Below are positions 39,166 to 48,067 of a DNA stretch of 64,000 bases, in pieces. Each line of letters opens with the position of its first letter. The stretch's first letter is position 1. This stretch comes from a virus. The stretch covers positions 31,477-95,476 of the IMG/VR virus record IMGVR_UViG_3300035698_011578; one strand, 5' to 3'. Below the pieces are notes generated by a model. It was given only the letters and a program-made list of their open reading frames with translations, did no database searches and was not told where the DNA came from. A program made the translations under genes and the position numbers.

Positions 39166-39569
39166 TATGATTCTTCTTCTTCTTCTTCATTATCAATTGT
39201 AGGAAGTTCCATTTTCCTAATAGTGCTAACATCACCATCTTTTAATTCGAGTTCTGTTATCTCTTCTAATAATTTAACAATATAATCATCTGCAGCAATA
39301 CTCTCTCTTTCTATTTGAAGACAAAATTGTGCAAGTATGCCTATTTCATCTTTTTTCTGTGCCATTTTGAAGATTTCTGAATTTAGTTTATATTTAGATA
39401 ATCCTCTAAACTTTCTACGAGTATAGAAATCATAAAAATCTTGATTCTGTCTTGAGATTACATAAGACGGTCTTCTAGAAGTACCAAACAATTCGGTCCT
39501 AGCTTTTTCATTCATTTCTTTAGAGTTACTACCATCATCTTCAAATTCATCAAATCTTTTAATTTCCAT
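39165..39569 (-). CDS. Hypothetical protein with MEIKRFDEFE motif
   Basis: 134-aa ORF. Confidence 0.7.
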   Translation of the reverse strand: MEIKRFDEFEDDGSNSKEMNEKARTELFGTSRRPSYVISRQNQDFYDFYTRRKFRGLSKYKLNSEIFKMAQKKDEIGILAQFCLQIERESIAADDYIVKLLEEITELELKDGDVSTIRKMELPTIDNEEEEEES

Positions 39570-39589
39570 AGCTTATATATTAAATTTAT

Positions 39590-41857
39590 TTATTCATAAT
39601 TTAATGGGAATTTACTTAAATAAATTCTAGTTGTTGCGTTATCACCAAATATTAAATATTTAGAATCATCACCTATTATATACTGATTTAGTATTTTATT
39701 CTGAACATTTTCCGGTATAACATCACTGAATAATCTTATATTAGTTATCTTCATATCAGATGCTAATATAACTGGGTTAATATCAAGATTTTGAATTCTA
39801 TATTCAATTGGTGTCATATCAATTTTTTCTTGATACAATTTTCTTAATACAGTACTACCTAATTTATCTGCATCCTCTTCATAATCAACATCTCTTTTGT
39901 ATATGAATTGCTCTATGTGTCTTTGTCTTTGATTTATATTTAATACATAACAATGCCAAACATCTTCTTCAAGGGCTACTGGTTCACCAGATTGATCATA
40001 TCCTAATAAATCAAATGTATAAGTGTCATCATTTAAAACAACTGATATTTTATCATTTGATAAATAGGATTTCCATCCTATTGATTTGTCAGCATCATAG
40101 AATTGTAGGAAATTATAAACCTCATCTCTAAGATAATTATGTATATTGAACCAAATTTGTAGAGAAATATTATCAGACACCTTAAACACTGGGTTTAAGT
40201 TCTTATAAGAAACTGCAACACCACCATAAGGGATGGATGCTAAATCATAGTTTGACTTGCTTATGATAGTAGATGAATTTTCAAGCAATTCTTTATCTAT
40301 CTCTGCAAAATATTCTAATCTAATAGGGTCTTTTGTTAATGGTGTTAATTGTTGCTTGTTAGCAATTGATTTTTTATCCTCTGCTATTTCAACACCAAAC
40401 AATTCATCAATTGTTGTATTCTTAGTAAGTTTATCCAAGTAATTCTTAATTTCTGGATTATCAGTTTGTACATTTGCTTTTTGTGTGAATTTTTTCAATA
40501 TCAATTTGTAATAGACTGCTGAGTTATTAAACCCTCTAAATTGTTGTGCGTGTTCTATCTGATACATTCTATTTACTTGACAGAAATAAAGAAAATCTTC
40601 CTTTGCCGGTCTTCTCTGAACTCCAAATATTTGTTTAAATTGTTGCTTGGTAACATGTGCTTCCATAGTATCAAATAAATCCAAGTCAAAAATATTCATT
40701 TTAATCTGTGAGTCTGGGAAATTATTACCTTCAATTGAAACCTTTAAATCACCTTTACATGCGATGTTAAATAATTGGAATTCATTTAAAGTGTGGTCTT
40801 GTCCTTTTTTATCAGCATCAGTTGCGAAATAAAACACCTTGTGTCCAAAAATTTGTTCTGAATCCGCACTTAATTTTTCTAATAAATTTACTGCCGTATT
40901 CTGTGCATATGGATTGTATAGATTTGCTTTCTCATCATCAGTCATTGGGTCAAATACATTACTATCACATACTCCACTTCCACCAGTACCATCACCACTT
41001 CCACTACCAGTAGAATCCATTGTTGTATTAGGATGATAATTACCATCTGAATCATAATATCCCCATTGGTTAGACTGGCAACACGTTCTTATACCAAACA
41101 AGTTACTTTTTTGATAATCTTTAGTAACATTTTGAAAATCTCCAATTAGATTAATATCTCTAATACTTATTGGTGATCTTGATGTGTTCGTAACTGAATA
41201 TTCAATTTGAAAGAACCTAATAGGATTTATCCTAACTGTTGTTATATTTTCTTTAGTTAAAGGTTCCCATTCTGCCCAAGTTTTTGTGCTATCTTGTGAA
41301 TATCTATATTTTATATCTACACTATCTAAATCAACTTCTGGTATAATCTCAATGTCAGTTATACCAAATACCTTAAATATAAATGGTGACCTCATTATCT
41401 TAGTTTCTGATGGGCCAATTATCATAGTAGTAGATTCATTCATTATGAAATCATTTCTCAATAATTCACCATAAATTTTATATTCTAATAATCGAATAGA
41501 GTCATCTTCTGATTCTCCACTTCTAACCCATTTTATTTCAACATATAGAGGGTCTAGTGGATCTATCTTTGGGAAATTGTCGATATTAATATTAAGATCA
41601 AACCAATCTGTCCAAGATGTACCATTTCTAGATATTCTATAATATTGTAGTAAAAATCTGTCACTATTTAATCCCAGAGTATCATAAGTAAATTTGGTTA
41701 AGTCAGAAACTTTTTGTAAATTTGCTATATTGATTACATACTCATCACCGATATTATTAAAATAAGGTGTGGAATCTTCGGTCCCTTGTTGTGATACATC
41801 AAAATTATCATAAATGATTATTGTGCCGTTGTCTAAATTTGTAGTTACTTCATACAT
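39590..41857 (-). CDS. Probable virion protein: neck (T4 gp14-like) middle region plus LamG-like C-terminus
   Basis: FKQIFGVQRRPAKEDFLYFCQVNRMYQI resembles gp14 RP..GDLIYF; WHCYVLN...ITNIRLFS LamG-like strands; TATATA motif upstream. Confidence 0.5.
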   Translation of the reverse strand: MYEVTTNLDNGTIIIYDNFDVSQQGTEDSTPYFNNIGDEYVINIANLQKVSDLTKFTYDTLGLNSDRFLLQYYRISRNGTSWTDWFDLNINIDNFPKIDPLDPLYVEIKWVRSGESEDDSIRLLEYKIYGELLRNDFIMNESTTMIIGPSETKIMRSPFIFKVFGITDIEIIPEVDLDSVDIKYRYSQDSTKTWAEWEPLTKENITTVRINPIRFFQIEYSVTNTSRSPISIRDINLIGDFQNVTKDYQKSNLFGIRTCCQSNQWGYYDSDGNYHPNTTMDSTGSGSGDGTGGSGVCDSNVFDPMTDDEKANLYNPYAQNTAVNLLEKLSADSEQIFGHKVFYFATDADKKGQDHTLNEFQLFNIACKGDLKVSIEGNNFPDSQIKMNIFDLDLFDTMEAHVTKQQFKQIFGVQRRPAKEDFLYFCQVNRMYQIEHAQQFRGFNNSAVYYKLILKKFTQKANVQTDNPEIKNYLDKLTKNTTIDELFGVEIAEDKKSIANKQQLTPLTKDPIRLEYFAEIDKELLENSSTIISKSNYDLASIPYGGVAVSYKNLNPVFKVSDNISLQIWFNIHNYLRDEVYNFLQFYDADKSIGWKSYLSNDKISVVLNDDTYTFDLLGYDQSGEPVALEEDVWHCYVLNINQRQRHIEQFIYKRDVDYEEDADKLGSTVLRKLYQEKIDMTPIEYRIQNLDINPVILASDMKITNIRLFSDVIPENVQNKILNQYIIGDDSKYLIFGDNATTRIYLSKFPLNYE

Positions 41858-41958
41858 ATCACTATATATTAAAATATGCTTCTGATAATTTGGTAAATTG
41901 AAAAATTTTCCTTATATTTGTATGTAAACAATGAAATATTCATTTAAACCTATTTATA

Positions 41959-43167
41959 ATGAACGATATTAAAAATAAATTTTTAGAACTAACAAGCAGA
42001 ACTTACCCACACGGAACAGAGAAAGATCTTTATTCTCTTTTAGGTGATGGGTTAACTCAAGATAAATACGATAACCTTTTCATAAAAATTGGTGATAGTG
42101 ATACTATGTTTACTGCACACTTAGATACTGCAACATCTTCATTAGTTGATATAAACCACGTAATTGATGGTGATATAATCAAGACTGATGGTAAATCAAT
42201 ACTTGGTGCAGATGATAAAGCTGGTGTAGCAATCATGTTATATATGATAGATAAAAAAGTTCCTGGTTTATATTACTTTTTCGTAGGTGAAGAAGTAGGA
42301 TGTGTAGGTTCGAAGAAAGTAGCAGATGAGCACAAAAAAGAAAAAATAGAAGGAATTTCAAAAGTTGTTTCTTTTGACCGAAGAGGTACTAAGTCAGTTA
42401 TTACTTATCAATGTAGTAAAAGATGTGCTTCTGATGAATTTGCAAAAGCGTTAGCATTACAATTTAACACAGTTGAAGATACTTTCAAATATGATACTGA
42501 TGAAGGTGGTGTTTTAACAGACTCTATACAATTCACAAGTATTTATCCGGAATGTACAAATATATCAGTTGGTTATCAATCAGAACACACACACAGTGAA
42601 TCACAAAATATTGCACACCTTGAAAAATTAGCTATTGCTTGTGTAAAAGTTGATTGGGTTGCACTTCCAGTGAAAAGAGATCCTTCAAAAACAGAATATC
42701 GTTCTTACGGTGGAGGATATGGATGTGGTTATGGATACGGTGATGATTGGAGTGATAATGATTTTGGTTATACAAAGAGAAATTATAAATACAATTCTTC
42801 TTCTTGGAAAGGTAACCACAAATCTAGCAAAGATACTACTTATACAAGCCCAAAAAGCAAATATGCAACTGAACAAATTTGGTTCGTTGATAGTGGATGT
42901 GATTATATCTCATTCGTTGAAGTAGATAAAGCTACTAGAAAATATATAAGTGTAGATTTACACCCTGATAGAGTAGCAAAAGAGGAAATCACAATTGGTA
43001 ATTTCTTACAATCACTAGACCTTAAATATAAGAAAATTACATGGGATGGTTTCAACTTGTTAGTTGATTATAATGGTAAGGGTCACACATCAACTGCTGA
43101 TAGAAATGATTTAGTTGAGTATTTACGCTCAATAGATTACCAAAAGCTAGATGGTGATTTAGTTTAA
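41959..43167 (+). CDS. M20/M28-family zinc peptidase
   Basis: AHLDT, LGADDKAG, GEEVG, FDR, TD, NISVGY..EHT. Confidence 0.85.
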   Translation: MNDIKNKFLELTSRTYPHGTEKDLYSLLGDGLTQDKYDNLFIKIGDSDTMFTAHLDTATSSLVDINHVIDGDIIKTDGKSILGADDKAGVAIMLYMIDKKVPGLYYFFVGEEVGCVGSKKVADEHKKEKIEGISKVVSFDRRGTKSVITYQCSKRCASDEFAKALALQFNTVEDTFKYDTDEGGVLTDSIQFTSIYPECTNISVGYQSEHTHSESQNIAHLEKLAIACVKVDWVALPVKRDPSKTEYRSYGGGYGCGYGYGDDWSDNDFGYTKRNYKYNSSSWKGNHKSSKDTTYTSPKSKYATEQIWFVDSGCDYISFVEVDKATRKYISVDLHPDRVAKEEITIGNFLQSLDLKYKKITWDGFNLLVDYNGKGHTSTADRNDLVEYLRSIDYQKLDGDLV

Positions 43168-43174
43168 AAAATAA

Positions 43175-43203
43175 AAAAACCCACTTTAATTAGTGGGTTT
43201 TTT
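43175..43203 (+). terminator. Intrinsic terminator
   Basis: AAACCCACT-ttaatt-AGTGGGTTTTTT. Confidence 0.8.
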
Positions 43204-43216
43204 AAATAAAAGTGAA

Positions 43217-43275
43217 AATAAATTTGGATAATTAAAACTTTTACCGTATATTTGTATAAGATAATGAGAAAATAA
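43217..43275 (+). promoter_or_regulatory. Bacteroidota-type promoter block, identical to 34517..34575
   Basis: 59-bp exact match. Confidence 0.8.
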
Positions 43276-43309
43276 TAAAAGGAAGAACAAATTTTTAATA
43301 TATAGGATA

Positions 43310-43408
43310 ATGAAAAAAGTAAATGTAAATATAACAGTAGTAAATCAACCGCAAGTTGATCAAGATCCGATTTTAATCAGGACTAGCCGTGCTTTGCAAA
43401 TAACTTAA
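43310..43408 (+). CDS. Leader peptide MKKVNVNITVVNQPQVDQDPILIRTSRALQIT
   Basis: CAA CCG CAA GTT GAT CAA GAT CCG block matches downstream Gln/Pro/Asp tRNAs. Confidence 0.8.
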   Translation: MKKVNVNITVVNQPQVDQDPILIRTSRALQIT

Positions 43409-43430
43409 GTTAAAAAGTTAAAAACAAATA

Positions 43431-43462
43431 AAACCCAGTTAGTTAATTCTAACTGGGTTTTT
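43431..43462 (+). terminator. Attenuator terminator of Asp/Gln/Pro tRNA operon
   Basis: AAACCCAGTTAG-ttaatt-CTAACTGGGTTTTT. Confidence 0.85.
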
Positions 43463-43528
43463 CTATATTGTAACAATAAATGTCAGTTTTTGGTGTTCGG
43501 ATTTCAATATATAAAAATAAAAGAGAAT

Positions 43529-44215
43529 ATGAGAAATAGATATGAGAAAGAATATTTTACTGAAGTAATAAAAAACTCCCAAAACTTATCAGATGTTTGT
43601 AGAAATATAGGATTAAAGAGTTTTTATGGTAATAGACAAACAGTTAAGAAAAATATTGAAAAATATAAACTTGATATAAGTCATTTTAGATACCACAAAA
43701 GTGGTGGTAGAATAAAAATACCAACAAGAGATATATTAGTTGAAAATTCTACTTATAGCAGCACTACCTGTATTAAAGAAAGGTTATATGAAGAGGGCTA
43801 TAAAGAAAGAAAGTGTGAATTATGTGGACAAGGAGAAAATTGGAATAATATGAAGATTAGTTTAATTTTAGATCACATAAATGGGATAAATAATGATAAT
43901 AGAATAGAAAATCTTAGAATAGTTTGCCCAAATTGTAATGCTGGTTTAGATACTCATGGTGGTAAAAATATATCAAAAAACAGTAAGTATAATTATTCAG
44001 AAGATTTAGTTAATAAGAAGTATTATTGTGATTGTGGTAATGAAATGTGGAAAAATTCGAAGTGTTGTAAAGTATGTTTTGATATAAAACAAAGAAGAGT
44101 TAAAAGACCAGATAAAGAAATATTATTAAAAGATGTAGAAAAATTAGGCTATACTGGAACAGGAAGAAAATATAATGTTAGTGATAATACTATTAGAAAA
44201 TGGTTAAAAAAGTAG
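43529..44215 (+). CDS. HNH homing endonuclease
   Basis: CELCG...LDHINGINNDNRIENLRIVCPNCN. Confidence 0.9.
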   Translation: MRNRYEKEYFTEVIKNSQNLSDVCRNIGLKSFYGNRQTVKKNIEKYKLDISHFRYHKSGGRIKIPTRDILVENSTYSSTTCIKERLYEEGYKERKCELCGQGENWNNMKISLILDHINGINNDNRIENLRIVCPNCNAGLDTHGGKNISKNSKYNYSEDLVNKKYYCDCGNEMWKNSKCCKVCFDIKQRRVKRPDKEILLKDVEKLGYTGTGRKYNVSDNTIRKWLKK

Positions 44216-44233
44216 ATGAGTAAAATATAAATT

Positions 44234-44307
44234 GGTTTATTGGGCCCGTGGAGAGGAACTACGCTGTCACCGTAGTAAAATAGACGGATCGTAACCGTTG
44301 TAGACCG
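44234..44307 (+). tRNA. tRNA-Asp(GTC), degenerate D arm
   Basis: CTACG-CT-GTC-AC-CGTAG. Confidence 0.7.
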
Positions 44308-44340
44308 CAAAAATACACTAGAACTAGTGAGAAAATATAT

Positions 44341-44412
44341 TGGTCTGTGGTATAACGGTAATTACACTAGGTTTTGATCCTAGTAATTCCAGTTCGATTC
44401 TGGGCAGACCAT
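44341..44412 (+). tRNA. tRNA-Gln(TTG)
   Basis: CTAGG-TT-TTG-AT-CCTAG. Confidence 0.85.
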
Positions 44413-44422
44413 CAAAAAAATT

Positions 44423-44493
44423 GGCCTATTGGGGTATGGGTATCCTTTCACACTATCACTGTGAAGAACCGAGTTCGAGTCTCGGATAGGCCG
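44423..44493 (+). tRNA. tRNA-Asp(ATC)
   Basis: TCACA-CT-ATC-AC-TGTGA, G73. Confidence 0.75.
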
Positions 44494-44504
44494 CAAAAAT
44501 ATAA

Positions 44505-44580
44505 CTACGAGTAGAGGAGTCCGGTTTATCTCGCTACTTTTGGAAAGTAGAGCACGTTGGTTCAAATCCAGCCTCGTAGA
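44505..44580 (+). tRNA. tRNA-Pro(TGG)
   Basis: CTACT-TT-TGG-AA-AGTAG. Confidence 0.8.
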
Positions 44581-44594
44581 CAAAAAAATAAATT

Positions 44595-44669
44595 ACCCCC
44601 GTAGGCTCCTTGGTGGAGAACTAGACTGTCACTCTAGTAAAATAGACGGATCGTAACCGTTCGAGGGTG
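44595..44669 (+). tRNA. tRNA-Asp(GTC)
   Basis: CTAGA-CT-GTC-AC-TCTAG. Confidence 0.8.
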
Positions 44670-44687
44670 CTAATAAAATATAATAAT

Positions 44688-44760
44688 CTGGGTGTAGCTC
44701 AGTTGGTAGAGTACTGCATTTGGGATGCAGATGTCGTAGGTTCGAGCCCTGCCACTCAGA
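44688..44760 (+). tRNA. tRNA-Pro(TGG)
   Basis: CTGCA-TT-TGG-GA-TGCAG. Confidence 0.9.
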
Positions 44761-44769
44761 CAAATATAA

Positions 44770-44852
44770 TGAGAGTTGGTAGAGTGGTCAATTACGGTAG
44801 GTTTTGAACCTACTTTCGAAAGATGTCGTGGGTTCGAATCACACACTCTCAT
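44770..44852 (+). tRNA. tRNA-Gln(TTG), long variable arm
   Basis: GTAGG-TT-TTG-AA-CCTAC. Confidence 0.8.
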
Positions 44853-44908
44853 CAAAGATTTTCCCAATTTTTAAACTTAATATATAATAGAAACAAAGTT
44901 ATTATAAA

Positions 44909-45370
44909 ATGGGAATTAAAAACTGGGAACAATTTAACGAATCTATATTTACAAAAGATAAAGATGTTGATATAATCAATATAATCAAAAGAGAATTAGA
45001 TGATGTAAATACAAAAGTAGATTCATTTCATAGAGATACTTTATACACATATAAATCAGATACATTGGGTGAAACGATTACCTTTGATTTCCACCAAATA
45101 GCAGATTATGAAATAACAATAGGTAATGGCGCTTCAACTAATTTTACTAACTCACCATCAGGCTATGTGTTAAAATTAAATTTTATAACTGCAAGAAAAT
45201 TATACAACTCTGCAAAAAGAAGACATAAAGAAGGGTTAGAAGATGAAAAAAGAGATGCCATAAACAATGTTAGAAACAATATTGGTAATAGAAACAATAT
45301 AGACAATGTTGATGATGGAAATATCAACAATGGGGAAGAATTATTTAGAAATAACACCAATTTATTGTAA
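44909..45370 (+). CDS. Hypothetical protein with MGIKNWEQFNE motif
   Basis: 153-aa ORF. Confidence 0.7.
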   Translation: MGIKNWEQFNESIFTKDKDVDIINIIKRELDDVNTKVDSFHRDTLYTYKSDTLGETITFDFHQIADYEITIGNGASTNFTNSPSGYVLKLNFITARKLYNSAKRRHKEGLEDEKRDAINNVRNNIGNRNNIDNVDDGNINNGEELFRNNTNLL

Positions 45371-45425
45371 CATTTTATAATAACCCACGTATATAATAAT
45401 AGAAGGTATAACCTAAAATCCACTA

Positions 45426-45800
45426 ATGAAACAAATAAACTATGATGTTGTTAATGACTTGTATAACCAATACATACAAGAGTTATCTAAAGATGATGTG
45501 TGTAAATTAGAAACGAAAGTTGAAAATTTCTCAGAAGAAACTAAAATTCTAAATAAAGAAGAAACTGTATTAAAATATGTTTTAATAGTAGGAATATTAA
45601 TGTTAATAATATCTTTAAGTATTTCAAGTTTAATAGTTCCGATATTTATGGCATTATTATTAGGACTTGGGTTTATACGAAAATTGATTTTGTCTAAAAA
45701 AATAAAAGTCAATAATATTATTATTGACGGAATCGAATCTGATATTAAAGCGTATAAAGAATATAGTTTAGATAATTCTTCTACATTCGAGATGAAATAG
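45426..45800 (+). CDS. Membrane protein (two TM helices)
   Basis: Hydrophobic stretch YVLIVGILMLIISL...IFMALLLGLGFI. Confidence 0.7.
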   Translation: MKQINYDVVNDLYNQYIQELSKDDVCKLETKVENFSEETKILNKEETVLKYVLIVGILMLIISLSISSLIVPIFMALLLGLGFIRKLILSKKIKVNNIIIDGIESDIKAYKEYSLDNSSTFEMK

Positions 45801-45851
45801 AAAAAGCCCGAACTTTAAATTCAGGATTTTCTTATATCATGTTTGTGAAAA

Positions 45852-46277
45852 TTATTTACTTCCACCACCAGTAGCAATACCACCACCAAATGATTTAGCA
45901 CCGAAATTTGATTGATTTCTAAATTTTGCTAAGTTGCTATCCCATACTATAGGCTTACCATCTTTTCTAACAGAAACTGCATAATAAATACTATCTTCTG
46001 CTGATAAATAATCATCACCTTGTATTTCTTTTGCTCTCTTAACATTTTCAGGGTTAGAATCAAATTTCTTAGCATTCTTAATTTGGCTAGCATATCTTTC
46101 TTCTGCTATTTCCTTAGCATCTTCGATAGAAATCTCACCTACGAGTTTACCTAATCCTTTTTCTACTCCTTTTTTAAGATAATCTATACCATCTTTAATT
46201 CTACCTTCATTGATTTGTAAATCTTCGTAACCATCATAATAGTTGTCAAATGCTTCAAATGTTTTAATATGTTCCAT
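45852..46277 (-). CDS. Hypothetical protein, tandem paralog of 46301..46684
   Basis: MEHIKTFE; shared GEISIEDAKEIAE. Confidence 0.8.
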   Translation of the reverse strand: MEHIKTFEAFDNYYDGYEDLQINEGRIKDGIDYLKKGVEKGLGKLVGEISIEDAKEIAEERYASQIKNAKKFDSNPENVKRAKEIQGDDYLSAEDSIYYAVSVRKDGKPIVWDSNLAKFRNQSNFGAKSFGGGIATGGGSK

Positions 46278-46300
46278 AATTTTTAATTATTTTTTATTTT

Positions 46301-46684
46301 TTATTTTCCCCCAGGTATGTCTACACCATATCTTTTCTGGTTTCTATAAATACCTAAGTTTTGATCCCAAGACATTTTAACGTCCTTTTCTAAAGAAATT
46401 GCTTTATACACACTATCTTCTGCTGACATATAATTATCACCTTGTTCTTCTTTTGCTCTCTTAACCTTTTCAGGGTCAGAATCGAATTTCTTAGCATTTT
46501 TAATTTGTGAAGAATATCTCTTTTCTGCTATTTCCTTAGCATCTTCGATAGAAATTTCACCGGCTAGTTTACCTAATTTTCTTTCTACACCTTTCTTAAA
46601 ATCACTAATAAGACCTTCGTCTATCTGTAAATCTTCGTAACCTTCATAATTATCAAATGTTTCAAATGTTTTAATATGTTCCAT
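46301..46684 (-). CDS. Hypothetical protein, tandem paralog of 45852..46277
   Basis: MEHIKTFE; shared GEISIEDAKEIAE. Confidence 0.8.
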   Translation of the reverse strand: MEHIKTFETFDNYEGYEDLQIDEGLISDFKKGVERKLGKLAGEISIEDAKEIAEKRYSSQIKNAKKFDSDPEKVKRAKEEQGDNYMSAEDSVYKAISLEKDVKMSWDQNLGIYRNQKRYGVDIPGGK

Positions 46685-46822
46685 ATTTTTAATTATTTTT
46701 TCTTATTCTATATATTAAATAATAAAACACTTTTTTCTCAAATAATATCTTATCTTTAACTAATCTATATATTAAATAATAAAACACAAATATCTTTCAA
46801 CTCTAAAAAATTATCCGTATAT

Positions 46823-47302
46823 TTGTATATTACTAAAAGAAATATAATGATATCAATGACTAAAAAACAAGTATATAAAATAATCTTCAATAATAATTTT
46901 TCAGTTTTAGGAGGAGAATTAGATCATGTATCAACAGAAGATAAATTGAAAATTTTAAACATGCCAATAGAATCATATTTTGATTGTTTCGGTGACGATA
47001 AGATATTATATATCATATCAACATTAGATACTTTTGAGCGATATTTAAATAATCTTCAGGTAAATAGAATTGAATTTAAATCTATGAATATTTCAACCGA
47101 TATTCTATCATATTCAGAACCAATACTTAGACCAAAAATCACACAAACTATTAAATGGGGAATGTTTAGTAAAGATTTAAACGATTGGGTCAGAACTAAT
47201 ATAAGTATAGATTCATTAGTAAGTAAAGTATGCACTAAAGATGGATATAGAAGTCTATCTGATTTAGAAAAGGAAATATTTACAGAGTATACCGATTGTT
47301 AA
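46823..47302 (+). CDS. Hypothetical protein
   Basis: ORF; real start probably an ATG near 46847-46856. Confidence 0.6.
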   Translation: MYITKRNIMISMTKKQVYKIIFNNNFSVLGGELDHVSTEDKLKILNMPIESYFDCFGDDKILYIISTLDTFERYLNNLQVNRIEFKSMNISTDILSYSEPILRPKITQTIKWGMFSKDLNDWVRTNISIDSLVSKVCTKDGYRSLSDLEKEIFTEYTDC

Positions 47303-47321
47303 AAAAGAAATAAAAAGAAAT

Positions 47322-47726
47322 ATGAATGTATTTTTAGATGATATAAGAACACCAAACATGTCACATAACTATAATCGTGGATTAGGAACTGATTATGAAT
47401 GGGTTATAATTAGAGACTATTTTGAGTTTGTTAAGTTTGTAAAATCAAATTTTGACGAAATAGAACTAATCTCATTTGACCATGACTTAGCTTGTTATAA
47501 TAATAATGGGGTAGAATTTACAGGTAAAGATGCTGCAGATTTTTTAGTTAATTTTTGCTTAGATAACCATAAAAAATTCCCAAATTGGTATGTACACTCT
47601 GATAATACACCTGGTAAAGCTAATATAATTGGCACAATCTTGAATTATTTGAGAGTTATTGAATATATAGATACGAGTACATTTAGGTATTATAATTGTG
47701 GTTTAATAAATAATAGACCTGTATGA
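47322..47726 (+). CDS. Cyclic-phosphate processing receiver-like domain protein
   Basis: VFLDDIR, ISFDHDL, TGKD, VHSDN..G. Confidence 0.7.
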   Translation: MNVFLDDIRTPNMSHNYNRGLGTDYEWVIIRDYFEFVKFVKSNFDEIELISFDHDLACYNNNGVEFTGKDAADFLVNFCLDNHKKFPNWYVHSDNTPGKANIIGTILNYLRVIEYIDTSTFRYYNCGLINNRPV

Positions 47727-48067
47727 ATTTTATAAAAGAACACCTTGTCAAACAAATAAAGAGTGAATATAGTGGAAAGCGAAATAGTTGTGATGATATA
47801 TTAAACCAAAATCATAAAGATGAGTTTAGTGGTTACTTTTATTTTGATATGCTAATTAAATGTCCATATGATGAATTTGATGAACATATTTACATAGAAA
47901 GAATTAACAGAAGTGCCGTTTTTGGGCGCAATAAAAAACATCTATTGCATCTTAATGAAATACCAGGTAATATATTAATTAAGATTTATAGAAAATTAAA
48001 AAATAATGAATTTTATTTTTACGACAAAATAGATAAAAAATCATATAAACTTAGAATAAAAAAATAA
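47723..48067 (+). CDS. Hypothetical protein
   Basis: 114-aa ORF. Confidence 0.6.
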   Translation: MNFIKEHLVKQIKSEYSGKRNSCDDILNQNHKDEFSGYFYFDMLIKCPYDEFDEHIYIERINRSAVFGRNKKHLLHLNEIPGNILIKIYRKLKNNEFYFYDKIDKKSYKLRIKK

